Under the pieces are notes generated by a model that ran no database searches, had not been told where the DNA came from, and was given only the letters and a program-made list of their open reading frames with translations. From Mobula hypostoma (lineage: Eukaryota): DNA of 64,000 nucleotides. The stretch lies in NCBI RefSeq assembly GCF_963921235.1, contig NC_086097.1, forward strand, positions 6,820,001 through 6,884,000. Reading direction: 5' to 3'. Position numbers and translations under genes: made by a program. Below, piece after piece: positions 37,580 to 51,500 of the stretch; the first letter of the stretch is position 1; each line of letters opens with the position of its first letter.

Positions 37580-37860
37580 CTCACAGTGATGTAGCGGTTA
37601 GCGTGATGCTCTTACAGCTTGGGGCAATGGAGTTTGGAGTTCATTTTCAGCACTGTCTGCAAGGAGTTTGTATGTTCTACGCATGACCACTAGGGTTTCG
37701 TCCTATTTCTTCAGTTTCCTCCCACATTCCAAAGACATCCCAGTTAGAAAGTTAATTGTTAGTTTAAGTTGTCCTGCAATTTGGCTAGAGTTCAATAGGT
37801 GGATCGTTGGGCTGAAACAGCCAGTTTCACACTGTATCTCTAAATAAATAAATACAATAA
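37580..37860 (+). mobile_element. V-SINE-like element
   Basis: gtagcggttagcgtgatgc...ggtttcgtcc...tttcctcccacattccaaagac...tatctctaaataaa. Confidence 0.7.
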
Positions 37861-38254
37861 AACAAAAAATACTCAGTTGAGAGATCACCAACTTGAAGTG
37901 TTAAACTGTTTCTCTCTCCATCAGACAGAATGAGTTCCCTTTTATTGGACATATTACAATATTACATAGTTTCATATCAGAATCAGAATCACTTTATTGC
38001 CAATACGTGAAACATACCAGAATTGATTGTGGTTCGATGCCAAGCATAAAACATAGGACAAGACCAAAACTCAGTATCAACCAACAACTTACAAGGCAAT
38101 ACTGGATACAGTCATGAGCAATCAACAATTAACAGAACAGTCACACGCACAAACGTCAATAATCAAACTTAAATAAAAGTGAACATATAAACAGACTCAA
38201 TAATTATCAACAGAACAAGGAGAGCACGAAAGGACATTTAACGGATTAGAATTA

Positions 38255-39010
38255 TAATTTAGAATTAGAATTAGAATTAGAATTTATTTAAAATCTTACA
38301 TCCATCCCACAACATGAGGGAGTAAAAATCTTTGACTTTGTTGCAATGTACAGATATGTGAATTTAAAAGTTTGTCGAAAGAAGCTGTCCTGTAGCCTAT
38401 TGGTCCTAGCTTTAATGCTGTGGTACTGTTTGCCAGGCAGAAGCAGCTGAAACAGTTTATGGTTGGGATGACTGATGTCGCTAATGATCTTCCAGGACTT
38501 CTTTCTGCACCTGCTGCTATAGATATCCTCAATGGAGGGAAGCTGACATCCACCGATGCACTGGGCTGTCTGTACCACTCTCTGAAGCGCCCAGTGATCA
38601 AGGTTGATGTAGTTCCTGTACCAGTCAGTGAGACAGCCAGTCAGTATGCTCTCAGTGGTGACCCTGTAGAAGATCTTGAGGATTTGGGGGCCCATGCCAA
38701 ACTTCTTCAGTCACCTGAGGGGGAAAAGACACAGTTGTGCTTTTTTTTGCCACACAGCCGGTGTGTATAGTCCAGGTGAGATTGTCGGTGATGTGTACAC
38801 CGAGGAACTTGAAACTACTCACCTTCTCAACTGCAGACCCCTTGATGTTGATCAGGTCGAGCCTGTCTCCGTTCCTCCTGTAGTCCACAATCAGCTCACT
38901 TGTCTTTCTGACATTGAGGGAGAGGTTGTTATCCTGGCACCACTGTGTCAGGGTGTCAACCTCTGCTCTGTGGGCTGTCTCATTACCACTAGAAATAAGT
39001 CCGACCAAAG
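38255..39010 (-). mobile_element. Rex1/Babar-type LINE 3' fragment
   Basis: ORFs 38652-39008 (WCQDNNLSLNV, FKFLGVHIT) and 38288-38695 (FYRVTTESILTGCLT); (AATTCT)n tail. Confidence 0.9.
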
Positions 39011-39289
39011 TTGTGCGGGGGCTGGTAAACCTGAGTGAGTTTTGTTGAGAAGCTGGATAGCTATGGGAAAGAAGCTTTGGAACTGGTAGAATGGAGTGTG
39101 TCAGCCGTCTCGTATTTCTGCAAGTACTTGGTTTTATGCAGAAATCATGAAGTAGTTGTCAGTGATTGAAGTATTGTTTGAAGCCTCTACAACTACAATC
39201 AAAACAAATCACTTGAACTGAATGAATGTCAGGTTATTATGAGTTAATCTCACCATGAAACATTGAGAAGATTTTAATCCTGTTTACAG

Positions 39290-39842
39290 CAGCATCTCCC
39301 CGTGGCCAACCATTTTAGTTCCAGATTCCCATTCCCATACCGGCACGTCAGTCCATGACCTGCTCTACTGCAAATGATGAGGTCGCTCTCAGGATGGAGT
39401 AGCAGCTCCTCTTATTCTGTCTGGGTAGACTTCAACATGATGGCATGCATATCTATTTCTCCAACTTTTACCCCCATCCCCTTCCCTCTTCTTCTATTCC
39501 CCACTCTTACCTCTTCTCCTCACCTGCTATTCACCAGCCTCAGTGCCCCTCCTCCTTCCCCTTCTCCCATGATCCACTCTCTTCTCCTATCAGATTCCTT
39601 CTTCTACAGCCCTTTGCCTTTTCCACCTATCACCTTCCAGCTTCTTATTTCATTCCCCCTGTCCCACCCATCAGGCTTCTAGATTGTATTCCTTCCTCTC
39701 CCCCAAACCTTCACGTTCTGGCTCCTTCCCCCTTTCATTTCAGTCCTGAAGAAGAGTCTCGGCCCAAAACTTCGAATGCTTATTCATTTTCATAGATGCT
39801 GCATGACCTGCTGAGTTCCTCCAGTATTTTGTGTATGTTACT
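39290..39842 (+). mobile_element. PLE 3' remnant (GIY-YIG end + pLTR)
   Basis: Degenerate PVANHF..RLEEQ.L...LG coding remnant; hammerhead remnant cagtcctgaagaagagtctcggcccaaaacttcga at 39741-39775. Confidence 0.75.
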
Positions 39843-40084
39843 GGAGGTGTAAGTGATGTCTACTGAGATAATAGTTACTGCTCAGTAAACTAACCACTAT
39901 AAAAAAAGTGTTTTATTATAATTTCTTCACTTAACATAACTGATATTTTCATTGATACTTGTGCCAGTACTCCCATTTTTATTTATGCTCTGTACACGTT
40001 TAAAGGAATGCAGTTTACGTCAGTTAGTTAAGGTGATTCGTCACTCAACCAGGCAATGGAAATTTTAGATTCAGGTTTGAAGAT

Positions 40085-40370
40085 TGCTTAGTGTTGTTCC
40101 CTGTACACAAGTATAAAGGAGAATGAAGTAATTGTTACTCTGCATCTGATGCAGCACAATAAAAAAGCACAGTAAGATAAAGAACACAAACATAATAAAA
40201 TATATGTACATAAGATAGCTATATTCGTAGATTTATTGTGTGTCCATAAATTGACACAAAGTGCAGGAGTGTCTGTACATAAGATATCTCTGACAGGAAA
40301 TGTTAAAACAGAGGTGAGGAGGAGTGGGTTAGTGGGTGGAAGTGTTGATCACTCTTACTGCTTGGGGAAA
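40085..40370 (-). mobile_element. Rex-type 3' tail
   Basis: Homologous to 52160-52440 and to the reverse complement of 45300-45600. Confidence 0.6.
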
Positions 40371-40439
40371 TACAGATGTGCCTTCTGCATTAATTGTTAG
40401 AAGTCTATAAGGATTCTCCACCTTTCAACATAACTGTAT

Positions 40440-43370
40440 AAGGGCTAAGAGAGTTGTAAAAGAGCGCCTGAAGGCTTTGTGTGTCAATGCCAGCAGCAGT
40501 CATAACAAGGTGGAGGAATTGAAAGTGCAGATTGTTATTAATGATTATGATATAGTTGGGATCACAGAGACATGGCTCCAGGGTGACCAAGGATGGGAGC
40601 TCAACGTTCAGGGATATTCAATATTCAGGAGGGATAGACATGAAAGAAAAGGAGGTGGGGTGGCGTTGCTGGTTAAAGAGGAGATTAACGCAATAGAAAG
40701 GAAGGACATAAGCCGGGAAGATGTGGAATCGATAGGGGTAGAGCTGCATAACGCTAAGGGGCAGAAAACGCTGGTGGGAGTTGTGTACCGGTCACCTAAC
40801 AGTAGTAGTGAGGTCGGAGATGGTATTAAACAGGAAATTAGAAATGTGTGCAATAAAGGAACAGCAGTTATAATGGGTGACTTCAATCTACATGTAGACT
40901 GGGTGAACCAAATTGGTAAAGGTGCTGAGGAAGAGGATTTCTTGGAATGTATGCGGGATGGTTTTTTGAACCAACATGTCGAGGAACCAACTAGAGAGCA
41001 GGCTATTCTGGACTGGGTTTTGAGCAATGGGGAAGGGTTAATTAGCAATCTTGTCGTGAGAGGCCCCTTGGGTAAGAGTGACCATAATATGGTGGAATTC
41101 TTCATTAAGATGGAGAGTGACATAGTTAATTCAGAAACAAAGGTTCTGAACTTAAAGAGGGGTAACTTTGAAGGTATGAGACGTGAATTTGCTAAGATAG
41201 ACTGACAAATGACACTTAAAGGATTGACGGTGGATATGCAATGGCAAACATTTAAAGATTGCATGGATGAACTACAACAATTGTTCATCCCAGTTTGGCA
41301 AAAGAATAAATCAAGGAAGGTAGTGCACCCGTGGCTGACAAGAGAAATTAGGGATAGTATCAATTCCAAAGAAGAAGCATACAAATTAGCCAGAGAAAGT
41401 GGCTCACCTGAGGACTGGGAGAAATTCAGAGTTCAGCAGAGGAGGACAAAGGGCTTAATTAGGAAGGGGAAAAAAGATTATGAGAGAAAACTGGCAGAGA
41501 ACATAAAAACTGACTGTAAAAGCTTCTATAGATATGTAAAAAGGAAAAGACTGGTAAAGACAAATGTAGGTCCCCTACAGACAGAAACAGGTGAATTGAT
41601 TATGAGGAGCAAGGACATGGCAGACCAATTGAATAATTACTTTGGTTCTGTCTTCACGAAGGAGGACATAAATAATCTTCCCGAAATAGTAGGGAACAGA
41701 GGGTCCAGTGAGATGGAGGAACTGAGGGAAATACATGTTAGTAGGGAAGTGGTGTCAGGCAAATTGAAGGGATTAAAGGCAGATAAATCCCCAGGGCCAG
41801 ATGATCTGCATCTCAGAGTGCTTAAGGAAGTAGCCCAAGAAATAGTGGATGAATTAGTGATAATTTTTCAAAACTCTTTAGATTCTGGACTAGTTCCTGA
41901 GGATTGGAGGGTGGCTAATGTAACCCCACTTTTTAAAAAAGGAGGGAGAGAGAAACCGGGGAATTATAGACCGGTTAGCCTAATGTCGGTGGTGGGGAAA
42001 CTGCTGGAGTCAGTTATCAAAGATGTGATAACAGCATATTTGGAAAGCAGTGAAATCATCGGACAAAGTCAGCATGGATTTGTGAAAGGAAAATCATGTC
42101 TGACGAATCTCATAGAATTTTTTGAGGATGTAACTAGTAGAGTGGATAGGGGAGAACCAGTGGATGTGGTATATTTGGATTTTCAAAAGGCTTTTGACAA
42201 GGTCCCACACAGGAGATTAGTGTGCAAACTTAAAACACACGGTATTGGGGGTAAGGTATTGATGTGGATAGAGAATTGTTTAGCAGACAGGAAGCAAAGA
42301 GTGGGAATAAATGGGACCTTTTCAGAATGGCAGGCAGTGACTAGTGGGGTACCGCAAGGCTCAGTGCTGGGACCCCAGTTGTTTACAATATATATTAATG
42401 ACTTGGATGAGGGAATTAAATGCAGCATCTCCAAGTCTGCGGATGACACGAAGCTGGGTGGCAGTGTTAGCTGTGAGGAGGATGCTAAGAGGATGCAGGG
42501 TGACTTGGATAGGTTGGGTGAGTGGGCAAATTCATGGCAGATGCAATTTAATGTGGATAAATGTGAAGTTATCCACTTTGGTGGCAAAAATAGGAAAACA
42601 GATTATTATCTGAATGGTGGCTGATTAGGAAAAGGGGAGGTGCAACGAGACCTGGGTGTCATTATACACCAGTCATTGAAAGTGGGCATGCAGGTACAGC
42701 AGGCGGTGAAAAAGGCGAATGGTATGCTGGCATTTATAGCGAGAGGATTCGAGTACAGGAGCAGGGAGGTACTACGGCAGTTGTACAAGGCCTTGGTGAG
42801 ACCACACCTGGAGTATTGTGCGCAGTTTTGGTCCCCTAATCTGAGGAAAGACATCCTTGCCATAGAGGGAGTACAAAGAAGGTTCACCAGATTGATTCCT
42901 GGGATGGCAGGACTTTCATATGAAGAAAAACTGGATGAACTAGGCTTGTACTCTTTGGAATTTAGAAGATTGAAGGGGGATCTGATTGAAACGTATAAAA
43001 TTCTAAAGGGATTGGACAGGCTAGATGCAGGAAGATTGTTCCCGATGTTGGGGAAGTCCAGAACGAGGGGTCACGGTTTGAGGATAAAGTCGAAGCCTTT
43101 TAGGACCGAGATTAGGAAAAACTTCTTCACACAGAGAGTGGTGAATCTGTGGAATTCTCTGCTACAGGAAACAGTTGAGGCCAGTTCATTGGCTATATTT
43201 AAGAGGGAGTTAGATATGGCCCTTGTGGCTAGGGGGATCAGAGGGTATGGAGGGAAGGCTGGTGCAGGGTTCTGAGTTGGATGATCAGCCATGATCATAA
43301 TAAATGGCGGTGCAGGCTTGAAGGGCCGAATGGCCTACTCCTGCACCTATTTTCTATGTTTCTATGTTTC
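40440..43370 (+). pseudogene. CR1 LINE ORF2 (APE endonuclease-reverse transcriptase), single frame with two premature TGA stops
   Basis: ORFs 40477-41205, 41209-42624 and 42640-43275 are all in one frame. APE motifs are ITETWL, GDFN and SDH; RT motifs are QHGF, YLDFQKAFDKVPH, GVPQGSVLGP and SADD. It ends in a (TATGTTTC)n tail. Confidence 0.96.
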
Positions 43371-43567
43371 CAATGTCATCTTTCTTGAAAAATTGAAGGA
43401 TTGTGTTCTTAACAAGAAGCCGTTTCCATTTTATCAATAACATCTGAGCGTACTCAGGAGAGAATAAAATTTAGCTGCAAGAGAAAATCATTTAAAGTAT
43501 AGGCAAGTACATCTAGTTGTACCAATTACAAGAAGATGGTTGCAGTCCCTTTGATTAAATACTATAT

Positions 43568-44155
43568 ACAGTCAGTGGTCACTTTATTAGGTACTCCTGT
43601 ACATCAGCTTGTTAATGCAAATATTTAATCAGCTAACTCAATGCATAAACACATGCAGACTTGATCAAGAGGTTCAGTTGTTTTTCAGACCAAACATCAG
43701 AATGGGGAAGAAATGTGATCTAAGTGAATTGACGATGGGATAATTGTTGGTGTCAGATGGGGTGGTTTGAGTATCTCAGAAAATGCTGATCTCCTGGGAT
43801 TTTTATGCACAACAGTCTCTAGAATTTACAGAGAATGGTGTGAAACATAAAAATAGCATCCAGAGAGCTGCAGTTCCTTGGGCAAAAATGCTTTGTCAAT
43901 GAGAGAGCTCAGAAGAGAATGATGAAAGTAACTCAAATAACCCCACATTACAACAGTGGTGTGCAGAAAAGCATCTCTGAATGCACAATGTGTCGGACCT
44001 TGAAGTGGATGGGCTACAACAGTGGAACAACATGTGGAGTTCCACTCCCATCAGCTAAGAAAAGGAAACTAAGGCTACAGTAGGAACAGGATCATTAAAA
44101 CTGGCAAGTTAAAAATTGGAAGAGCATCGTCTGGTGTAACAAATTTCAATTTCCA
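43568..44155 (+). mobile_element. Tc1/mariner transposon 5' remnant
   Basis: TA followed by TIR cagtcagtggtcactttattaggtac; degenerate transposase N-terminus MGKKCDLS...IVGVRWGGLSISENADLLGF...TVSRIYREW. Confidence 0.8.
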
Positions 44156-45190
44156 GATGATATGAAGGTAGGTGGAGTGGTAGGTAGTGTTGAGGAAGCA
44201 ATGAGCTTGACAAATTGAAAGAATGGGAAAAAAGTGGCAGATGGAATACAGTGTTTAAAATGTATGAAAATTCATTTTGGTAAAAGGAACAATAGTACAG
44301 ACTATTATCTAAATGGGGAGAAAATTCAAACTTCAAAGGTGCCAAGGGACTTAAAAGTCCTTGTGCAAGACTCCCAGAAGGTTAATTTACAAGTTGAGTC
44401 TGTGGTAAAGAAGGCAAATGAGATGTTGGCATTTTCTTTCAAGGAGAATAGAATATAAAAGCAAGGAGATAATGCTGAGGCTTTACAAGACACTAGTCAG
44501 GCTGCGCTTGGAGTATTGTCAACAGGTTTGGGCCCCATATCTCAGAAAGGATGTGTTAGCATTGGAGAGAGTCCAGAGGAAGTTCACGAGGATGATTCTG
44601 GGAATGAAGGGGTTAATTAGATAGGGTGGGTGTGGAGAGGATGTTTCCTACGGTGGGAGTATATAGAACTAGAGGGCACAGCCTCAAAGTTGAGGGGTAA
44701 CCTTTTAAAACAGAGGTAAGGAGGAATTTTTTTTAGCCAGAAAGAATCAGAAATAAGGTTTATCATCACCGGCATGTGACATGAAATTTGTTAACTTAGC
44801 AGCAACAGTTCAATGCAATACGTAATCTAGCAAAAAGAAAAAAATAAAAATAATAAATACAATAAAAACACATTAATAAATAAACAAGTAAATCAATTTG
44901 GGTGCTCTTTCAATCCCTCCCACCACCGCAAGGTCCCACGGCCCCATCTCCCAGCCATACACCTAAGCCTAACACCTGTGGAATACTCTGTCACAGACTG
45001 CGGTGGAGGCCAAGTCCGTGGGTATATTTAAAGTGGAAGTTGACGGTCTCCTGATTGGTCAGGGCACTAAAGGATCGGGTGAGAAGGCAGGTGTGTGGGG
45101 TTCAGTGGAATGCAGGATCAGCAATGGGGGAATGGCAGAGCAGACTCAATGGGCTGAATGGCCTAGTTCTGCTCCTATGTCTTATAGTCT
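44155..45190 (+). mobile_element. CR1 3' fragment interrupted by a Rex tail (44745-44900)
   Basis: ORFs 44234-44458 and 44418-44624; the CR1 resumes at ~44977 (ctgtggaatactctg). Confidence 0.8.
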
Positions 45191-45194
45191 AAGG

Positions 45195-46115
45195 ATCTCA
45201 CCCCGCCCTGCTCATAGACTGTTTGACCCACTTCCATCAGGGAGGAGGCTCTGTGGTATCCACACCAGGACCAACAGACTCAAAAACAATTATTCTCCCC
45301 AAGCAGTAAGGCTGATCAATATCTTCTCCACTAATCAGCCCACCACCACCACTACTTTATCACTTCCTGTCAGAGTAACCTTATAAACAGACACACTCCT
45401 GTGCCTGGCATCACTTTATGGACATATAATCAATCTATGTACATAAGCTATCTCATGCATTTATATTTTTTGTGCTTTTTATTATTGTGTTCCTTATCTT
45501 TGTGCTGCATTGGATCCGGAGTACCAATTATTTATTCTCCTTTACACATGAGTTCTGTTCTGGACACGGTATTAAACAATCTTGAGTCTTGAATCTTGAA
45601 TAACAAATCTTGGAAATAAGCAACTTCATAAAAATACAACAATTCAAAATAACAACTTCTTTTCTCTTAATATCTTTTTCTTTACTAGAGGGAAAGTAAA
45701 ATACTTCAGCCACTTATTGCTTTCCTGCTAGAGTGAAAGAATTTGCAACAGCTGTACATTGCAATACATAAAAATAAAAATTATAAATTACAGTAAGAGT
45801 ATACATATATATATAGATACATATAATGTTTCTGTGTATATATACACACATATATGCAGTTTATATATAAATAAACAAATAGTGCATAAAGAAAGAAAAA
45901 ATAATGAGGTAGTGTACATGGGTTTATTGTCCATTCAGAAATCTGATGCTAGAGGGGTAAAAGCTGTTCCTAATACACTGATTGTGTGTCTTCAGACTCC
46001 TGTACCTCCTCCTTGATGGTAGTAATGAAAACTGAGCATGTCTTGGGTGATGGGGGCCCTTAATAATGGATGCCACCTTTCTGAAGTATTGCTTTTTAAA
46101 TATATCTTTGATGCA
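45195..46115. mobile_element. Two Rex-type 3' fragments (+ 45195-45600; - 45755-46115)
   Basis: HRLFDPLPSGRR motif with a (TCTTGAA)n tail; the second is the reverse complement of the 3'UTR family. Confidence 0.65.
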
Positions 46116-46267
46116 ACAACTGCTTGAAAGTTTTAGATTTTTAGTAACATTTTTAATCAGTTATTGTAGCAAATAGAACAGACCGAAGAGGAGAGTCTTG
46201 TAACAATGAGCCGCCTTCTTAGTCAATCATCTCATTTTCCTTTATACTTGTGCACTGAAAATATGAG

Positions 46268-47585
46268 CAAGATTTACGAGCACTTGGAAAGACATAATCT
46301 GATTAGGGATAGTCAACATGGCTTTATCAAGGGCAGATGTACCTTACGAGCCTGATTGAATTCTTTGAGGATGCAGCAAAATGCATTGCTAGAACAGGGG
46401 ATGTAGTGTATATAGATTTCATTAAGGTATTTGATACAGTTCCCCATGCCAGGCTCATTCAGAATGTAAGGAGTCATGGGATCCAAGGAGACCTTGCTTG
46501 GCGTTTCCAGATTTGGCTTGGCCACAGAAGGCAAAGGGTGGTTGTAGATGGCCCATATTCTGCATGGAGGTCAGTGATCAATGCTGTTCCGTAGGGATCT
46601 GGTCTGGGACCCCTCCTCTTTGTGATTTTTATACATGACCTGGATGAAGAAGTAGAAGGGTGGTTTAGTAAGTTTGCTGACAGCACAAAAGTTGGGGGTA
46701 TTGTGGATAGTGTGAAGGGTTATCAAAGGTTACAGCAGGACAGTGAGAGGATGCAGAACTGGGCCGAGAAGTGACAGATGGAGTTCAACCCAGATAAGTG
46801 TGAAGTGGTTCATTTTGGAGGGTCAAATTTGAAGGCAAAATATAATATTAATGGTAAGACTCCTGGCAGTGTGGAGGAACAGAGAGGTTTTGGGGTCTGT
46901 GTCCATAGAACACTCAAAACTGCTGTGCAGGTCAACGGTGTTGTTAAGAAGGCGTACAGTGTGTTGGCTTTCATCAGTTGTGGGGCTGAGTTTAGGAGCC
47001 GAGAGGAAATGTTACAGTTATATAGGACCCTGGTCAGACCCCACTTGGAGTACTGTGCTCAGTTCTGGTCACCTCACTACAGGAAGGATGTGGAAACCAT
47101 AGAAAGGGTGCAGAGGAGATTTACAAGGATGTTGCCTGGATTGGGGAGCATGCCTTATGAGAACAGGTTGACTGAACTTGGCCTTTTCTCTTTGGAGCAA
47201 TGGAGGATGAGCGGTGACCAGATAGAGGTGTATAAGATGATGAGAGGCATTGATCGTGTGGATAGCCAGAGGCTTTTTCCCAGGGCTGAAATGACTAACA
47301 CAAGAGGGCATAGTTTTAAGGTGCTTGGAAGTAGATACAGAGGGAATGTCAGAGGTAGGTTTTCCACACGGAGAGTGGTGGGTACGTGGAACGCATTGCC
47401 AGCGCCAGTGGTAGAGGGAGATACAATAGTGTATTTTACAAGACTCTTAGATAGGTACATGGAGCTTAGAAAAATATGGTAATTCTATGCAGTTTCTAGA
47501 GTAGGTTACATGGTTGGCACAACATTGTGGGCTGAAGGGCCTGTAATGTGCTGTAGATTTCTATGTTCTGTGTTCTATGTTCTAT
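46268..47585 (+). mobile_element. 5'-truncated CR1
   Basis: ORFs 46337-46594 and 46778-47482; (TCTATGT)n tail. Confidence 0.92.
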
Positions 47586-47877
47586 AAATGACATTAAGTA
47601 ATCTTGAATCTTGAACCTAGACAAAGGATCTTAAACGTACAACATTATTCTGTTTGCCTTTCCACAGATGCTGTGTGACCTGTTAAATGTTTCCAATATT
47701 TTCAGATTTGAAGTTATATTTGACAAAGTGGCTGTTTTACTCTGGGAATTCTGCTCAGGGGACTGAAAGGAAAACCCTCTCCTGACATTCTCTGTGTATT
47801 GACATTTGGAGTATTGTTGCTGATTATGCACATCGAGGAGAGGAATGATGCCTCTGTACACTGCTATAACGCCGACA

Positions 47878-48158
47878 GAGGCCCAGTGGTTAATGTGATG
47901 TTCCTACAGCTGAGGGCGTCAGAGTTTGTAGTTCAGTTCTGAATGAAGTTTGTATGTTGTCCCTGTGAGCATGCGGGTTTCCTCTTGGTGCTCTGGTTTC
48001 CTCCCACAGTCCAAAGATGTACTGGTTAGCAGGTTAATTGTTCATTGTGAATTGTTCTATGATTAGGCTAGGGTTAAATAGGTGGGTAGCTGGGCAGTGC
48101 GAGTCATGGGGCCGGAAGAGCCTGTTCCGTGTTGTATCTCTAAATAAATAAATAAACA
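47878..48158 (+). mobile_element. V-SINE-like element
   Basis: gggtttcctcttggtgctctggtttcctcccacagtccaaagatg; (TAAA)n end. Confidence 0.75.
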
Positions 48159-48617
48159 GTGTATTAGCTTAGTGAAGATTTTCCTTAGCTGCCAGAACAA
48201 ATTGAATGCAAATGAGTTATTTTCTATTGACAAGTGTAAAAGACTGATTTATAGCCTTCAGCACTTTTTTTGACAAAATTGTTGATTCTGCTGAATAAAC
48301 AAGGACTAGACCTCTTTCTGCCTCGGCATTGTACAATCTACTGAACTGAGGAAGTCCCTCACCACCCAGCTGCTTGGTGTAAATGGGCCCATTGTCTGAC
48401 TGTCCCGACTTGATCTGTGCCTCCTCATGCGGGCCCGTCAAGGAAATACATTGATTGGGCTCAGGGAAATACTTGCAGCCTGGACGTTCCCGCTTTCACA
48501 GCTGGGCAAGGGTGTCTGCGAGCAGGCAGAAGTGAAACATTACGGAGAAAGATGAGATTATGAATCAGAATTAAAAACCAGCTCATAATCTTATGTGTTA
48601 ATTAACTGATAGAAATC

Positions 48618-49130
48618 TAGAATCAGAATCAGGTTTAATATCATTGGCATATGTCATGGAATTTGTTATTTTGTGGCAGCAGTGCATTGAAATATCTAAC
48701 AACATAAAACTATGAATTACAACTATATATAGATAATCAAATAAGAAGTGCAAAATAGAACAAAAAAAGAGAAAAATATTGAGGTAGTGTACATGGGTTC
48801 ATTGTTGATTCAGAAATCTGATGGCGGAGGGGAAGAAACTATTCCTGAAATGTTGAGTGGGTGCCCTCAAGCACCTGTATCTTCTCCTTGATGGTAGCAA
48901 TAAGAAGAGGGCATGTCCTGGGTGACAGGGGTCCTTTATGATGGATGCCACCTTTCTGAGGTATCGCCTTTTGAAGGTGCCCTCAATTCTCATGCCAAAT
49001 GATGGAGCTGGCTGAGCTCGTAACTTTCTGCCACTCTTTTCCAATCCTGTGCAGTGACCCCTCCATACCAGATGGTGATGATACCCATTAAAATGCTCTC
49101 TATGGTACATCTGTAGAAGTTTGCATGAGT
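48618..49130 (-). mobile_element. Rex-type 3' fragment
   Basis: ORF 48799-49110 (SIIKDPCHPGHALF.LLPSRRRY...FRNSFFPSAIRFLN). Confidence 0.85.
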
Positions 49131-49227
49131 CTTAGGTTACTTTGCGTTACATGACTGTTACTTTCTGGCCAGTGATGCTTATTATCTTTCGCAGCTAAAT
49201 TTCATCAGAAGTTTTGAGGAGATTTGG

Positions 49228-50575
49228 TATAGAAACATAGAAGCATAGAAAACCTACAGCACATCACAGGCCCTTCGGTCCAGAAAGCTGTGCCGAACAT
49301 GTCCTTACCTGAGAAATTACCTAGGGTTTACCCATAGCCCTCTATTTTTCTGAGCTCCATATACCTCTCCAGGAGTCTCTTAAAAGACCCTGTTGTATCC
49401 GCCTCCACCACCATCACTGGCAGCCCATTCCACATACTCACCACTCGCTGCGTAAAAAACTTATCCCTAATATTTCCTCTGTACCTACTTCCAGGCACCT
49501 TAAAACTGTGCCCTCTCATGCTAGCCATTTCAGCCCTGGGATAAAGCCTCTGACTATCCACACAATCAATGCCTCTCATCATCTTATGCCCCTCTATCAG
49601 GTCACCTCTCATCGTCCGATCCTCCAAGGAAAAAAGGCCAAGTTCACTTAACCTATTCTCATAAGGCACACTCCCCAATCCAGGCAACATCCTTGTAAAT
49701 CTCCTCTGCATGCTTTCTATGGTTTCCATATCCTTCCTATAGTGAGGCAACCAGAACTGAGCACAATACTCCAAGTGGAGTCTGACCAGGGTCCTATGTA
49801 GCTGTAACATTACCTCTCAGCTCCGAAACTGAATCCCATGATTAATGACGACCGATGCACCGTATGCTTTCTTAACCATAGAGTCAAACTACGCAGCAGC
49901 TTTGAGAGCCCTATAGACTCAGACCCCAAGATCCCTCTGATCCTTCACACTGCCAAGAGTCTTACCATTAATACTATATTCTGTCATCATATTTGACCTA
50001 CCAAAATGAACCACCTCACACTTATCTGGGTTGAACTCCATCTGCCACTTTTCAACACAGTTTTGCATCCTATCGATGTCCCGTTGTAACCACTGACAGA
50101 CGTCCACACTATCCACAACACCCCCAACCTTTGTGTCATCAGCAAATTTACTAACCCATCCCTCCACTTCTTCATCCAGGTCATTTATAAAGATCACAAA
50201 AAGTAGGGGTCCCAGAACAGATCCCTGAGGCACACCACTGGTCACCGACCTCCATGCAGAATATGACCCATCTACAACCACTCTTTGCCTTCTGTGGGCA
50301 AGCCAATTCTGGATTCACAAAGCAATGTCCCCTTGGATCTCATGCCTCCTTACTTTCTCGATAAGCCTTGCATGGGGTACCTTATCAAATAACTTGCTGA
50401 AATCCATATACACTACATCTACTGCTCTACTTTCATCATTGTGTTCAGTCACATCCTCAAGAAATTCAATCAGGCTCATAAGGTACTACCTGCTTTTCAC
50501 AAAGCTATGCTGACCATTCCTAATCATATTATGCCTCTCCAAATGTTCATAAATCCCGCCTCTCAGGATCTTCCC
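49228..50575 (-). mobile_element. 5'-truncated CR1
   Basis: ORFs 49919-50281 (GVPQGSVLGP, FADDTK) and 49328-49810; (GAAACATA)n tail. Confidence 0.92.
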
Positions 50576-50869
50576 TTACAGAGGATTCTGGGATTGAACT
50601 CCGAAATTCTTACGCACCATGCTGTACAAGTGTCACGCTATCTGCTGTGCTACTGTGGCACATCACATCTATAGATTGCATTGTCTCAATTGCAAGCTAA
50701 TATCTCTGAAAGTTACAGGAGTGACTTATCAAGGAGATGGCCATCATCGATAGTGAGTGTGCAACAATGCAGCTAATGTTAGTACAGGATGTTACCAACA
50801 ACTACAGTTTCATTCACAATTTGAGTCTGCACTACTGTTTAATCACTTATTAACTCAAAGTACAATTTA

Positions 50870-51500
50870 TAATAACATACATCTATTATCAAAGTGTGTA
50901 TGCATTATACAACATTGAGGTTCAACTCCTTACAGACAGCTATGAAACAAAGAAACCCAATAGTGCCCGTTAAAAAAAGACAGTCAAACACCTAATGAGC
51001 ATAGAGACAGAAAAAAAACACATTGTGCAAACAGCAAAAGTAAGAAAATAGCATTCAGACCTACAGTTTATGAAAGATATGCATGACTGTACCTGGAGCA
51101 GGCCACAACCTCAGCTCAGTGCAGAGCCAAGTAAACATCACGGGACCACAGACACGAAGCCAGGCATCACTGCCTCGGAGCAGGCCACAACCTTAGTTCA
51201 GTTGAAAGATGAGTAAACGTCACGAGACCACAGACATTTATTTTTAGTTTGAGATTCAGCAGGGCTACAGGCCCTTCAGCCCAATGAATCCACGCAATCC
51301 AAATACACCCATGTGATCAATTAGCCTCCTAACCGTTACGTTTTTGGAATATGGGAAGGAACCGGAGCACCCAGAGGAAACTCACGTGGTCATAGGTTGA
51401 ATGTGCAAACTCCTTGCAGGCAGTAGCAGGATTTGAAGCCTGCTTGCTGATCACTAGCTAGCACTGTACAGCAACGCCTTAACCACTATGCTGCCATGCC
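50870..51500 (-). mobile_element. Rex-tail non-autonomous element followed by a V-SINE-like copy (51240-51500)
   Basis: Homology to 15775-16050 and to other SINE copies (ggaaggaaccggagcacccagaggaaact). Confidence 0.6.

Noticed and set aside
38255..38290. (AGAATT)n and other short tandem arrays as CRISPR or telomeric repeats
   Set aside because: They are LINE 3' tails with no spacers, in a eukaryotic context.
40608..41384. 258-aa minus-strand ORF and similar antisense ORFs (42183-42587, 59671-60213, 13512-13883)
   Set aside because: Antisense shadows of CR1/Rex ORFs with no independent domain signal.
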